From the NCBI GenBank assembly GCA_028710915.1, contig JAQTTF010000001.1, positions 1-51,631 on the forward strand: DNA of 51,631 nt, in the 5' to 3' direction. The position numbers and the translations under genes were made by a program. Source of the stretch: Minisyncoccota bacterium. Lineage in GTDB: Bacteria > Patescibacteriota > Minisyncoccia > Phycocordibacterales > JAQTLZ01. Under the pieces are notes generated by a model that was not told where the DNA came from, did no database searches, and worked only from the letters and a program-made list of their open reading frames with translations. Shown here one piece after another: positions 24,871 to 34,080 of the stretch (the first letter of the stretch is position 1; every line of letters starts with the position of its first letter).

Positions 24871-26116
24871 AGATAGGAGTGATAACCGAAACAGCAACAA
24901 GCCCGACCAAAAGTCCCATAATGATCATGAGTATCGGCTCAACGGAACCAGAAAGATTTCTTGCAATATCATCAACTTCTCGCTCATACATTTCCGCAAC
25001 ATAGAGAAAAGTATTCGAAAGATTTCCCGTCGTCTCTCCGACCGCGACCATTTGCGAAAGGGTGTCTGGAAAAAGTTTTTCGTTTTCATTAAAAAAACTT
25101 GAAATTCGTTCTCCTTTCATCACAGTTTTGGCGAGAGTCTCGAGGCCCTCTTGGAACACCAGATTATTCGTACTCTCTGCCGTCAAGACAACAGCCTCGC
25201 TCACCGTCACTCCGCCTTTAAGCAAGAGTCCTAATGTTCTGCAAAAATTCGCGACAGCATAACTTTGAACGATTTTTCTCACGAACGGCAATTTCAAAAG
25301 CGCGACATCGAGCCAATACCTTACTCGCTTAAATTTCTTTACAAGATAAGCGCAGATCCCGATAAAAAATAAAACGGAAAAGACAAGCCACCAGCCATAG
25401 AGATGCAAAAATACGCTCACTCCGATGAGAATTCTCGTGGTGAGGGGAATTGTAATATGGAGACTGGTGAAAATAGGCAGAATTTTAGGAAATATAAAAG
25501 CGGTAAGAAGAAGCGTTAATCCGAGTGTCGCGATCGTTACAAAGATTGGATACACAAGCGCGCTGACAATCTTCTGCTTGAGCAGATGTTTCTTTTCAAG
25601 TTCGTGAGCGAGATATTCGAGATTTTGATCGAGAATCCCGCTTGTCTCCCCGACCCGGATCATATTCACAGCAAAGGCACCGAAAAGATTTTGAAACCTT
25701 GCGAGACTCGTCGAGAGATACTGACCGCTTGAAACATCTGCGATAAGCGTCTCAAAAAATTCTGCCCGTCCTTTCGAGCGATTCTGCTTTTGAATAATAT
25801 AAAGGCTTTCAACGATCGGAACCCCTCCATGAATGAGAAAACTAAGCCGCTTCGAGAAGTGGATCTTGTCTTTCATGCTGAAATGCCCGAAGCGCGCTCG
25901 CGCAAGGAGCCCCGCGAGCGCGCTTTTTTTCAGAGCACCCTCTTTTTTTTCATCCCCTTTCGTTTCTTTTGAAATATTTTTCTGCCGATGAACCGAATCA
26001 AAATGTTTCTGGCTTGTTTCTTTCTTTTTCTTTTTAAAAATCTTAGAAATCGAACGCCCAACACGATCAGTGCCGCGCTTCAAACTTTCGCCCATGTAGG
26101 AAATCTGTTTATTCAT
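24842..26116 (-). CDS. pilC: Type IV pilus platform protein PilC (T2SS F family)
   Basis: 424 aa with duplicated T2SS-F cytoplasmic domains and 3 TM helices. Overlaps pilB by 8 nt. Confidence 0.85.
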   Translation of the reverse strand: MNKQISYMGESLKRGTDRVGRSISKIFKKKKKETSQKHFDSVHRQKNISKETKGDEKKEGALKKSALAGLLARARFGHFSMKDKIHFSKRLSFLIHGGVPIVESLYIIQKQNRSKGRAEFFETLIADVSSGQYLSTSLARFQNLFGAFAVNMIRVGETSGILDQNLEYLAHELEKKHLLKQKIVSALVYPIFVTIATLGLTLLLTAFIFPKILPIFTSLHITIPLTTRILIGVSVFLHLYGWWLVFSVLFFIGICAYLVKKFKRVRYWLDVALLKLPFVRKIVQSYAVANFCRTLGLLLKGGVTVSEAVVLTAESTNNLVFQEGLETLAKTVMKGERISSFFNENEKLFPDTLSQMVAVGETTGNLSNTFLYVAEMYEREVDDIARNLSGSVEPILMIIMGLLVGLVAVSVITPIYEITAHLRH

Positions 26117-27323
26117 GACCTACGCGCAACACTTCTTCGAGCGTGGTGACTCCCGCTTTTGCTTTCAAAAGCCCATCTTCCACCATAGTCTTCATCCCAT
26201 TTTTCATAGCAATCTCTTTTATAGCTGAAGAGGAAGCGTGATCGACAATCGCAGCTCGGATTTCCTGGTCCACTTCAAGAACTTCGTAAATACCGACTCT
26301 CCCGCGATATCCGGTGCCATTACATTCTTCACAACCTTTTCCATGATAGTAGGTTGCCTTTTCATCAAAACCTTTTGCCGAAAAACTCTGCGAAAAACTT
26401 TTTACTTCCGTTTCAGACAATTTCTTCTCCGTCTTGCACGATGTACAAATTTTCCTCACCAGTCTCTGCCCAATCGCCACATTCACTGTTGAAGCAACGA
26501 GGAAGGGTTCGATCTTCATATCTAAAAGCCGCGGCAAAGTTGTTGCAGCATCGCTTGTGTGAAGCGTGGAAAGAAGAAGGTGTCCGGTGAGAGCCGTGTT
26601 CACAGCGATTCCCGCAGTTTCGACATCTCGAATTTCTCCTACCATAATGATGTTCGGATCTTGTCGAAGAATTGAACGAAGTCCATTTGCGAAAGTGAGA
26701 GAACTCCGAGGATTTACCTGGATCTGTTCGATTCCTTCAAGCGCGTATTCAATCGGATCTTCAATAGTAATAATTGAAACCTCTTTTGTGTTGAGCATTT
26801 TTAAAATCGTGTAGAGTGTTGTCGTCTTTCCAGAGCCAGTCGGGCCTGTCGCAAGAATCATTCCCGAAGATTTTTCTGCCGCTTTCTTTAATTTCTTGTA
26901 ATCCTCCGGTGAAAGTCCGAGCATCTCCAGCGAAAGATTTTCTGCTTTGTCCGAAAGAAGCCGAAGTACCGCATTTTCGCCAAAAAAAGTCGGCACAATA
27001 GAGACACGGACATCCACAGGCAAAGTTTCTTTAAGGGAAATTCTGAAGCGCCCATCTTGCGGAGCTTGGTGCTCATCAGTTCGCAGAGACGCCAGAATTT
27101 TTATTCGAGAAATAATTTCCGGATGAATATCTTTTGGAAACACACAAAGCTCCTCAAGCACTCCGTCGATACGGAGCCGTACTCTCACCTTTTTCTCCGA
27201 CGGATCAATGTGGATATCCGATGCATGATTTGCATGCGCATATTCCACAAGCGAATCGATGAGATTCACAATGGAAACATCCTTCCACTCACCGAGCTCT
27301 TTTCTCGTTTTGTGCTCTGTCAT
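26109..27323 (-). CDS. pilB: Type IV pilus assembly ATPase (PilB/GspE family, short N-terminus)
   Basis: Walker A is GPTGSGKTT, plus the motif VGEIRD, the His box TGHLLLSTLHT, and a tetra-Cys cluster (CTSC...CEEC). Confidence 0.9.
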   Translation of the reverse strand: MTEHKTRKELGEWKDVSIVNLIDSLVEYAHANHASDIHIDPSEKKVRVRLRIDGVLEELCVFPKDIHPEIISRIKILASLRTDEHQAPQDGRFRISLKETLPVDVRVSIVPTFFGENAVLRLLSDKAENLSLEMLGLSPEDYKKLKKAAEKSSGMILATGPTGSGKTTTLYTILKMLNTKEVSIITIEDPIEYALEGIEQIQVNPRSSLTFANGLRSILRQDPNIIMVGEIRDVETAGIAVNTALTGHLLLSTLHTSDAATTLPRLLDMKIEPFLVASTVNVAIGQRLVRKICTSCKTEKKLSETEVKSFSQSFSAKGFDEKATYYHGKGCEECNGTGYRGRVGIYEVLEVDQEIRAAIVDHASSSAIKEIAMKNGMKTMVEDGLLKAKAGVTTLEEVLRVGHE

Positions 27324-27333
27324 TGAAATTAAT

Positions 27334-27741
27334 TTAGATTGCGATCAGTTGCGGGAAAAGAATCGCCCGAGACGCATAGAGAAATACCAGGACAAGAAGC
27401 AAGAGGAAAAAACCAAAGAAAATATTTTTCGGATGCTGTCTTCGTATTTCAATAAAAATAAGAAAGACAAGAGAAAGAACAACTGCTCCCGCTACGACAA
27501 GATAAGCGTCTGTTATAAAGGTCGGAAGAGAGAGAATAAACCCTTGATACCAAGGAAGATGCGCAGAAATAAGATATGCGTTTACATTTGTCTTAACAAC
27601 AAGAAGACCATAAATAATAGAGAAGATAAAGAGGGTCAAAACAAGACAGAGGAGCGAAGTAACAGAAGCCTCCCTCAAAAAGTGAGGTTTATAGTCGTTC
27701 CCTTCATGAGGGATAAAGTAATGTTTAAAGGCCCGTCTCAT
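27334..27741 (-). CDS. Small polytopic membrane protein, unknown function
   Basis: 135 aa with 3 predicted TM helices. It is the first gene of the co-directional pilus block. Confidence 0.5.
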   Translation of the reverse strand: MRRAFKHYFIPHEGNDYKPHFLREASVTSLLCLVLTLFIFSIIYGLLVVKTNVNAYLISAHLPWYQGFILSLPTFITDAYLVVAGAVVLSLVFLIFIEIRRQHPKNIFFGFFLLLLVLVFLYASRAILFPQLIAI

Positions 27742-27816
27742 AGAAGATTGTGCTCTTAGATAGTACCCCTTTTAGCCTTATTTTGTCTAGCTAAATTAGG
27801 AAAGTCAAATGACTAC

Positions 27817-27845
27817 TTGACTTTTTATTATAAATATGATACTAT
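27817..27845 (+). promoter_or_regulatory. Extended -10 sigma-70-type promoter
   Basis: TTGACT (27817-27822), a 17-nt spacer ending in TGA, then TACTAT (27840-27845). Confidence 0.55.
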
Positions 27846-27875
27846 TATAACAGTAGTACAGTAATCATGTTTCCA

Positions 27876-28002
27876 AAGAAGGAGAGAGTGGGATTCCGTT
27901 CCCACCAAAGACACACCTCTTAGATTTTCTCCTTGAAAATCTTCGAAGTATTCCCGCCAAAGCTTAACCTCAATCGGCGGATACCTCTCTCTCCTTTCTT
28001 TT
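27876..28002 (+). ncRNA. Candidate structured small RNA (multi-helix junction), family unknown
   Basis: The closing helix is AAAGAAGGAGAGAG (27876-27889) with CTCTCTCTCCTTTCTTT (27986-28002). Three internal hairpins are GTGGGA-ttccgt-TCCCAC, AGATTTTC-tcctt-GAAAATCT and GTATTCCCGCC...GGCGGATAC. It is bracketed by a promoter and a terminator. Confidence 0.5.
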
Positions 28003-28006
28003 ACAC

Positions 28007-28040
28007 CCCGAGTCTCATTTGAGCTCGGGTTTGTCGTTTT
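28007..28040 (+). terminator. Rho-independent terminator after the candidate sRNA
   Basis: CCCGAG...CTCGGG stem, followed by TTTGTCGTTTT. Confidence 0.6.
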
Positions 28041-28065
28041 CAGACACGAGGGTATACTGAACTTT

Positions 28066-28800
28066 ATGTGGACATCAGACCAAATAAAAAAACATACAAC
28101 AGCCGCAAAGCTTCTCGAAAAAGTAAAAGATGAGACGTTTCAATTCTTGAGAGAAAACAAAAATGCAAAAGAGCATGAAGTGAATAAATTTATTTTAAAA
28201 AGATTCAAGCAGTACAATCTTGTGTCAGATAGAAAGACAATGATTGTCGGCTTTAATGCCCACGCGGCAATTCCTCACTACTTCCCTTCTCGAAAATCGT
28301 CTGCGCTCAAACTAAATACATTAGTGCTTCTCGATATGTGGGCACGGCTCCGCGAGAAAGGCGCGCCGTATGCAGACATCACCTGGATGGGATTTTCTGG
28401 AAAGAAAGTTCCGAAAAATATACAAAGAGCTTTTAATACAACGATTGGGGCGCGAGATGCCGCGCTCGCCGAAGCACGAGCGCGGCTTTCCCGGAAAATT
28501 CTTCCCGTCGGAAAAGAACTTCACGAAACTGCTTGTAAAGTGATTATCAAAGCCGGCTTCAAGAAAAACATTCTCCACGGAACAGGACACGCTTTGGGTT
28601 TTACTAACCCCCACGGCAATCCCCCACATCTTTCAGTGCGCAAAAGCGGAATGCTCCGAAAAAATATCGGCTACACTGTAGAGCCGGGAATTTATCTGCC
28701 GGGAAAATTTGGAATCCGAAGTGAAATGAATTTTTATATCGACAATAATTTCAAACTTCGTATAACTACGCCGCTTCAGAAAAAAATCGTCTTCATTTAA
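28066..28800 (+). CDS. M24-family metallopeptidase (Xaa-Pro / methionine aminopeptidase fold)
   Basis: Metal-ligand pattern is LLDMW, ADITW, HGTGHALG, VEPGIY and IRSEMN. Confidence 0.7.
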   Translation: MWTSDQIKKHTTAAKLLEKVKDETFQFLRENKNAKEHEVNKFILKRFKQYNLVSDRKTMIVGFNAHAAIPHYFPSRKSSALKLNTLVLLDMWARLREKGAPYADITWMGFSGKKVPKNIQRAFNTTIGARDAALAEARARLSRKILPVGKELHETACKVIIKAGFKKNILHGTGHALGFTNPHGNPPHLSVRKSGMLRKNIGYTVEPGIYLPGKFGIRSEMNFYIDNNFKLRITTPLQKKIVFI

Positions 28801-28821
28801 AATTTCCGTTATACTATTCAA

Positions 28822-29751
28822 ATGCCTTGGTATATTTTTGCTCTTGTCGGACCAATCTTTTGGGCGATAAGCAACCATATCGATAAATATCTCGTCGAGC
28901 GTTTTTATAAAAAAAAGAACGTCGGAGAAAATAACGTCGGCTCGCTTGTCATCTTTACTGGAATCGCAGAATTCGTGACCGCTTGTATTGTTTTCATCTT
29001 TACTCCCCATTCGATTCCTATCGCCGCCCTTCACGCCGTCACTATCATTTTCGGCGGAATGATACTAATCGGATCATTCATTCTCTATCTTGGAGCAATC
29101 GAGCGCGAAGAAGCATCAATTGTCACCCCGCTTTGGCAAATGGTTCCTGTGTTCGCTTATATTTTGAGCTACTTCGTTCTTGGAGAAACGCTTTCAGGAA
29201 AACAAATTGTTGCAGCAATTCTCGTCATCTCCGGCGCAATTCTCATTTCTCTTAATTTCAAAAAGAGAAACATAAAAATAAAAACAGCAGTTATCGGCCG
29301 AATGATGCTGGCTTCATTTTTAGTTGCCCTTCACATTGTAATTTTTAAAACGATTGCCCTTGAGGAAAATTACTGGGCCAGTATTTTCTGGGACAGTATT
29401 GGTTCGGCTCTTTTTGCTCTTATTCTCTTTCTTTCTATACGTTCATACCGAAAGCAATTCCTTTCAATTTTGCGCGAAAATACAAGAGCGGTTTTGACCG
29501 TTAATTTCATAAGTGAAGGGGTAAATGCTGCGGCTGGGCTTTCATACAGCTACGCCCTTCTTCTTGCTCCTATTGCGCTTGTCTCTGTCATAAACGGCCT
29601 TCAGCCATTTTTTGCATTCCTCATTGGAATACTTCTCACGCTTTTCTTGCCGAGTCTTGGAAAAGAAAAAATCGGTTCGCGTTCTATCGGACAAAAATTG
29701 GTCGCCATCGCTCTTATTTTTATCGGAATATATCTCCTTTTCATAATCTAG
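28822..29751 (+). CDS. EamA/DMT-family transporter
   Basis: 309 aa with about 10 TM helices in two similar halves. Confidence 0.7.
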   Translation: MPWYIFALVGPIFWAISNHIDKYLVERFYKKKNVGENNVGSLVIFTGIAEFVTACIVFIFTPHSIPIAALHAVTIIFGGMILIGSFILYLGAIEREEASIVTPLWQMVPVFAYILSYFVLGETLSGKQIVAAILVISGAILISLNFKKRNIKIKTAVIGRMMLASFLVALHIVIFKTIALEENYWASIFWDSIGSALFALILFLSIRSYRKQFLSILRENTRAVLTVNFISEGVNAAAGLSYSYALLLAPIALVSVINGLQPFFAFLIGILLTLFLPSLGKEKIGSRSIGQKLVAIALIFIGIYLLFII

Positions 29752-29755
29752 CGCT

Positions 29756-30175
29756 ATGTTAAAAAATTCTGCAAAAAAAGTCTTGGTATTTGGAACCTTC
29801 GATGGTATTCATGAAGGCCACCGATTTTTTTTGCGCGAAGCAAAAAAAATCGGTGCGCATCTCACTGTAGTAGTCGCGCCAGATATCCAAGTTGAAACAT
29901 TGAAGAAACATTCGCCCCGTTTCCCGCTCAAAAAAAGAATGAATGATTTAGAGGAAGAAAAAATTGCAGACTACGTAATTTCGGGCGATGAAACACTTGG
30001 AACATGGAATGTCATTTTAGAAAACAAGCCTGATGTGGTTGCTCTTGGACACGATCAAGACAGTTTAGGAAAAGCTCTGGAGAGCGCTTCGGCACATTTC
30101 CCATTTCGAATCGAAATGAAAAAAATAGCTCCATTTAAGCCGGAAATCTTTCGTTCTGGTCTCCTCAACAAATAG
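29756..30175 (+). CDS. HxGH cytidylyltransferase-like nucleotidyltransferase (FMN adenylyltransferase-like)
   Basis: VLVFGTFDGIHEGHRFFLREAKK. 139 aa. Confidence 0.6.
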   Translation: MLKNSAKKVLVFGTFDGIHEGHRFFLREAKKIGAHLTVVVAPDIQVETLKKHSPRFPLKKRMNDLEEEKIADYVISGDETLGTWNVILENKPDVVALGHDQDSLGKALESASAHFPFRIEMKKIAPFKPEIFRSGLLNK

Positions 30176-30244
30176 AGAAGCTCTCGAAATTTTCTTTGCG
30201 AAGTGCTATAATAGGAGCTTCGAGCAATTTTCTCTATAAAAAAC

Positions 30245-30796
30245 ATGAAAAAACCTCGCGCCAAAGTCAGTCAATATAAAACAGTCTTCAAAGGACAGAC
30301 TTTTGAAGTCAAACGCGCTGTAGCCACAATGCCCTCCGGCAAAAAAGAGATTTTTGAAACAATGCATCGCCCGCCAAGCGTAATGATTCTTCCGATCAAC
30401 GACAAAAAACAGCTCCTCCTTATCCGCGAATACAGATCGAGAATCAAAAAATATATTTGGGCGCTTCCAGCAGGAAAAGTAAAAATAAAGGAAGGAGAAA
30501 CGCCAATCCGCGCAGCGCAAAGAGAACTTCGAGAAGAGGCGGGAGTTCGAGCGAAGAAAATAACATTATTGCGACTTGCTGAAGGAGGACAGTCGTGGGT
30601 ATGGAGGCGATATGCCTACATTGCAACAAAACTCGTTCCCGACCGTCTTACTAAGGATGAGGACGAGGATATTAAGGTCGTACCAGTCTCTATTGATAGA
30701 GCATTTGAAATGATAAAAAAGGACGAAATTTATAACGAGAATATGGCGTATATGATATTCCGTCTTTGGGCTCAAAGGAAAAAATTTGGCCTCTAG
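30245..30796 (+). CDS. Nudix hydrolase (ADP-ribose pyrophosphatase-like)
   Basis: The Nudix box is GKVKIKEGETPIRAAQRELREEAGV. Confidence 0.85.
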   Translation: MKKPRAKVSQYKTVFKGQTFEVKRAVATMPSGKKEIFETMHRPPSVMILPINDKKQLLLIREYRSRIKKYIWALPAGKVKIKEGETPIRAAQRELREEAGVRAKKITLLRLAEGGQSWVWRRYAYIATKLVPDRLTKDEDEDIKVVPVSIDRAFEMIKKDEIYNENMAYMIFRLWAQRKKFGL

Positions 30797-30863
30797 AAAA
30801 AAGAAGAATATACTACAAGAAGGTGAGGTTTAAAAAGATTTTACTAGTTAAACATTAACTAAA

Positions 30864-31361
30864 ATGGAACCAGCAAAAGATACAAGCTCGAAAAATATGA
30901 TTATCGGAGTAGTCGTCGTCATAATCGTTCTCGCTTTGGGAACGTATCTCTTAACAAGAAATTCTTCAACATCAAACACTGAAGCATCCCCTTCTCCAAC
31001 AGAAATGACTTCGGTCGGAGGCGATAAGGTCTCTGTCGGCGATCAATTCCCTGGCTCAAAGCTCTATCTTGATTCAGTAACATTCGCAAACGGAGGATGG
31101 GTAGTCGTGCATGAAAGTACAAACGGCCAGTCTGGAAAAATTATTGGCGAAGCATATTTCCCTGCAGGAACAAACCCAGGCAGTGTTGATCTCGGAAATA
31201 ATAAATTGGTTGCGGGAAATGAATACGTCGTGATGCTTCATTCTGATGATGGCGACAAGAAATTCGATGCAACAAAAGACCTTCCGCTCACAGATGATCA
31301 GGGTAATATCATTATGAAAGTTATCAAGGCTTCGAAGACACCGGAGCAGGTGAAGGGCTAA
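30864..31361 (+). CDS. Membrane-anchored secreted protein, unknown function
   Basis: N-terminal TM helix, an S/T-rich linker, and a beta-rich domain of about 110 aa (GGWVVVHESTNGQSGKIIGEAYF). Confidence 0.55.
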   Translation: MEPAKDTSSKNMIIGVVVVIIVLALGTYLLTRNSSTSNTEASPSPTEMTSVGGDKVSVGDQFPGSKLYLDSVTFANGGWVVVHESTNGQSGKIIGEAYFPAGTNPGSVDLGNNKLVAGNEYVVMLHSDDGDKKFDATKDLPLTDDQGNIIMKVIKASKTPEQVKG

Positions 31362-31513
31362 GAGTAAGAAATCATCTATATAAATAAGATAATAAACTCG
31401 GCTAGCCCCGAGTTTATTTGTTATATACTTTGGACTTTTAATACTTGACTTATATCTTGTTTATGATATTTTATACGCTGGTAAAAATCACTTTTCTAGG
31501 AGGAAAAAGCACC

Positions 31514-31672
31514 ATGAAATCCATGGGAAATTCGCAGAAAGCATACGTACAGGCCGATGAGCAAGTGGCCAAAGGAAACTGTGGCTACCCTAATGACCCT
31601 TGGGTGGTCATCGCCAGACTGAATAAGTCCCGCTTTCGCGGCGGGCGGCGGTATTGGCACAGTCGCTCCTGA
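31514..31672 (+). CDS. Stand-alone small protein (52 aa), unknown function
   Basis: AGGAGG lies 9 nt upstream of the ATG at 31514. The protein is MKSMGNSQKAYVQADEQVAKGNCGYPNDPWVVIARLNKSRFRGGRRYWHSRS. It has its own terminator and is GC-richer than its flanks. Confidence 0.5.
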   Translation: MKSMGNSQKAYVQADEQVAKGNCGYPNDPWVVIARLNKSRFRGGRRYWHSRS

Positions 31673-31682
31673 ATAATCCAGC

Positions 31683-31715
31683 GTGTTCAGACCCTTCGAG
31701 TCTGAACACGTTTTT
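31683..31715 (+). terminator. Rho-independent terminator of the small ORF
   Basis: GTGTTCAGAC-ccttcga-GTCTGAACAC, followed by TTTTT. Confidence 0.8.
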
Positions 31716-31814
31716 CATTTTTCCCTTCTGCAGTTTGACTTTTTAGTGAATTTTTGTTTAAATGAACCAACTGAAATGGCCCGGCCAGGGCTCTTTTTTT
31801 AGTAAAAAATTACA

Positions 31815-33584
31815 ATGGAGATTAGGAATATTGCAATCATAGCCCACGTGGATCATGGGAAAACAACACTGACCGACGCTATCCTTAAACAAAACGGAAT
31901 GGCGGAAGAAGGCGTCTCAATGGACTCAAATGCACTCGAGCTCGAGCGCGGTATTACTATTTACGCAAAAAATACTTCTCTCTTTTATAAAGGCACGAAA
32001 ATAAATATCGTGGATACTCCAGGGCACGCTGACTTCGGTTCCGAAGTGGAACGCGTGCTTCGGGCTATCGATACCGTGCTCCTTATCGTCGACGCGCAGG
32101 AAGGACCAATGCCACAGACACGTTTCGTTTTGAAAAAATCTCTCGAACTTGGATTGAAACCGATTGTTGTCATCAATAAGATCGACAAACCCGCAGCAGA
32201 TCCAGAAGGGACAAAAGAAGCTCTCCATGAACTCTTCCTCGAGCTCGGCGCAAATGATAAGCAGTTTGATTTCACTACAGTTTACGCAATCGGCCGACAA
32301 GGCGTTGCAATGAAAAATCTTTCCGACCCGCGAAATGATTTGAATCCTCTCCTCGATACCGTGCTTGCAGAAGTTCCTCCCGCAAATAAAAGCGCAACTG
32401 CTCCCCTTCAGGCGCAGGTATTCAACCTGGCCTACGATAATTTCCTCGGACGTATGGGTATCGCTCGCGTGTATGAAGGAACAATCATTTCCGGAAGCAC
32501 TGTTTTTGCAAAAGATCCAACCGGAAAAATGTTCAAAGGAAAGATCAGCAAGCTTTTTACATTCGAAGGAACAGCCCGAAAAGAAACCGACAAAGCAGAA
32601 GCTGGCGACATCGTGATGATCGCCGGAATCCCTGAAATTTATATCGGAGAAACTCTAACCGACAAAGAAGAAACTCCTGCACTTCCAGCAATTGCAATTG
32701 ATGAACCGACTATTTCTCTCGGATTTCTGGTGAACGACTCCCCTTTTGCGGGACGCGAAGGAAAATTTGTGACTGGACGACAGATCCGTGAGCGATTAGA
32801 AAAAGAACTCGAGGTGAACGTCGGACTCAAAGTGGATTTTGAATCTGACTCTGACGCGGAAAAAGTCTACGGACGAGGTGAGCTTCATATCGGCATTCTT
32901 CTTGAAACAATGCGCCGAGAAGGATTTGAGCTCCAAGTCTCGCAACCGAAAGCGATCATTAAAGAAGAAAATGGCATCAAGCTCGAGCCGTATGAAGAAA
33001 CCGTCATTGATGCGAAAGAAGACGTGACCGGTGTCATCATCGAAAAGATGGGCAGACGAAAAGGCATTATGAAAGATATGAAAGTGAAAGACGGCAATGC
33101 CCGAATGATTTTTGATATTCCAACTCGAGGACTTCTCGGATACCGAGGCGAATTTGTAATTGATACCAAAGGCGAAGGAATTCTTTCATCTCGATTTGTT
33201 GAATTCCGTGAATGGGCCGGCGAAATTCGAAAGAAGCCGGAAGGTGCAATGATTTCGATGGAAGATGGAAAAGCGCTTGCATTCGCACTCTGGAATCTTC
33301 AAGAGCGAGGAGTTATTTATATCGAGCCAACGACTGAAGTCTACAAAGGAATGGTTGTTGGAAATACGACAAAGGGCGAAGAAATGTTCGTGAATCCATG
33401 CAAAGGAAAACAACTCTCAAACATGCGCTCATCTGGAAACGACGAAGGAATTTATCTGACTCCTCCAGTCAAAGTGTCCATCGAACGAGGTCTTGAAATT
33501 ATGAATGAAGACGAGTATCTCGAGATCACTCCGAAATCTGTGCGACTGCGAAAGAAGACTTTTGAAAGTAAAAAGAGAACATAA
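31815..33584 (+). CDS. typA: Translational GTPase TypA/BipA
   Basis: Motifs AHVDHGKTTL, DTPGHADF and NKIDK, with EF-G-like domains. 589 aa. Confidence 0.95.
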   Translation: MEIRNIAIIAHVDHGKTTLTDAILKQNGMAEEGVSMDSNALELERGITIYAKNTSLFYKGTKINIVDTPGHADFGSEVERVLRAIDTVLLIVDAQEGPMPQTRFVLKKSLELGLKPIVVINKIDKPAADPEGTKEALHELFLELGANDKQFDFTTVYAIGRQGVAMKNLSDPRNDLNPLLDTVLAEVPPANKSATAPLQAQVFNLAYDNFLGRMGIARVYEGTIISGSTVFAKDPTGKMFKGKISKLFTFEGTARKETDKAEAGDIVMIAGIPEIYIGETLTDKEETPALPAIAIDEPTISLGFLVNDSPFAGREGKFVTGRQIRERLEKELEVNVGLKVDFESDSDAEKVYGRGELHIGILLETMRREGFELQVSQPKAIIKEENGIKLEPYEETVIDAKEDVTGVIIEKMGRRKGIMKDMKVKDGNARMIFDIPTRGLLGYRGEFVIDTKGEGILSSRFVEFREWAGEIRKKPEGAMISMEDGKALAFALWNLQERGVIYIEPTTEVYKGMVVGNTTKGEEMFVNPCKGKQLSNMRSSGNDEGIYLTPPVKVSIERGLEIMNEDEYLEITPKSVRLRKKTFESKKRT

Positions 33585-33590
33585 AAAAAC

Positions 33591-33616
33591 TGCCGACCCG
33601 AAAGTCGGTAGTTTTA
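33591..33616. terminator. Bidirectional terminator between typA and the 33614-33925 gene
   Basis: CTGCCGAC-ccgaaa-GTCGGTAG is flanked by A7 and T4. Confidence 0.7.
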
Positions 33617-33925
33617 ATTCTTCTCTCTGACGATCTGTTTAGGAAAGTCTTCGAGATATTCTCTGACTACGCGATACTGGATCGCGACAGTGTGAGTACA
33701 TGCGTGATTTTGACTGCGAATGCCTTGCAGTGCGGCAATTCGCAGGACACGCACATCCTCTTCGTCCAATCGGACCGTTTTCTGAATCAAACGGACAAAA
33801 CCATCGCCGATCGGATTTCCTTTCTCCGCGTATTCCTCAAGGGTTTCTCTCAAATCCTTGGCGGAAATTTGCGGAGAGCTTTCCAACTCCTGAATTGTTT
33901 TCGCCACAGGATCTCCTTTCGACAA
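33614..33925 (-). CDS. Hypothetical protein (GC-rich island)
   Basis: 103-aa ORF with a GC3-rich codon pattern. I recognise no motif. Confidence 0.45.
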   Translation of the reverse strand: MSKGDPVAKTIQELESSPQISAKDLRETLEEYAEKGNPIGDGFVRLIQKTVRLDEEDVRVLRIAALQGIRSQNHACTHTVAIQYRVVREYLEDFPKQIVREKN

Positions 33926-34080
33926 GTAGAAACTTTCGCGCTCACTCCAACACAGAAAATAACACGCTCAAGATATCGAAGTCAAAAAATATTATGCACA
34001 TTTTTTATTGACTATTTTCTTTTCAAGACTATAGTAATTCCCAGTCAAAGAGTAAACAAAATTCACGGAGGGGCAACATC

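Noticed and set aside
27876-28002. Candidate sRNA as SRP RNA, 6S RNA, tmRNA or a known riboswitch
   Set aside because: It lacks the SRP domain IV consensus (GGAA tetraloop with flanking AGCA/GA loops). It is too short for 6S, tmRNA or RNase P. The fluoride, ZTP, preQ1 and c-di-GMP consensus elements I recall are all absent. The family is left open.
31445-31513. TTG start giving a 75-aa version of the small ORF
   Set aside because: The TTG is itself the -35-like TTGACT box, and the AGGAGG ribosome site lies inside this extension. The ATG at 31514 is the credible start.
31655-31660. TGGCAC hexamers (here and at 43105-43110) as sigma-54 -24 elements
   Set aside because: Neither is followed by TTGC at the required 5-nt spacing (the sequences are agtcgCTCC and agcgcCCGT). 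Both lie inside coding sequence.
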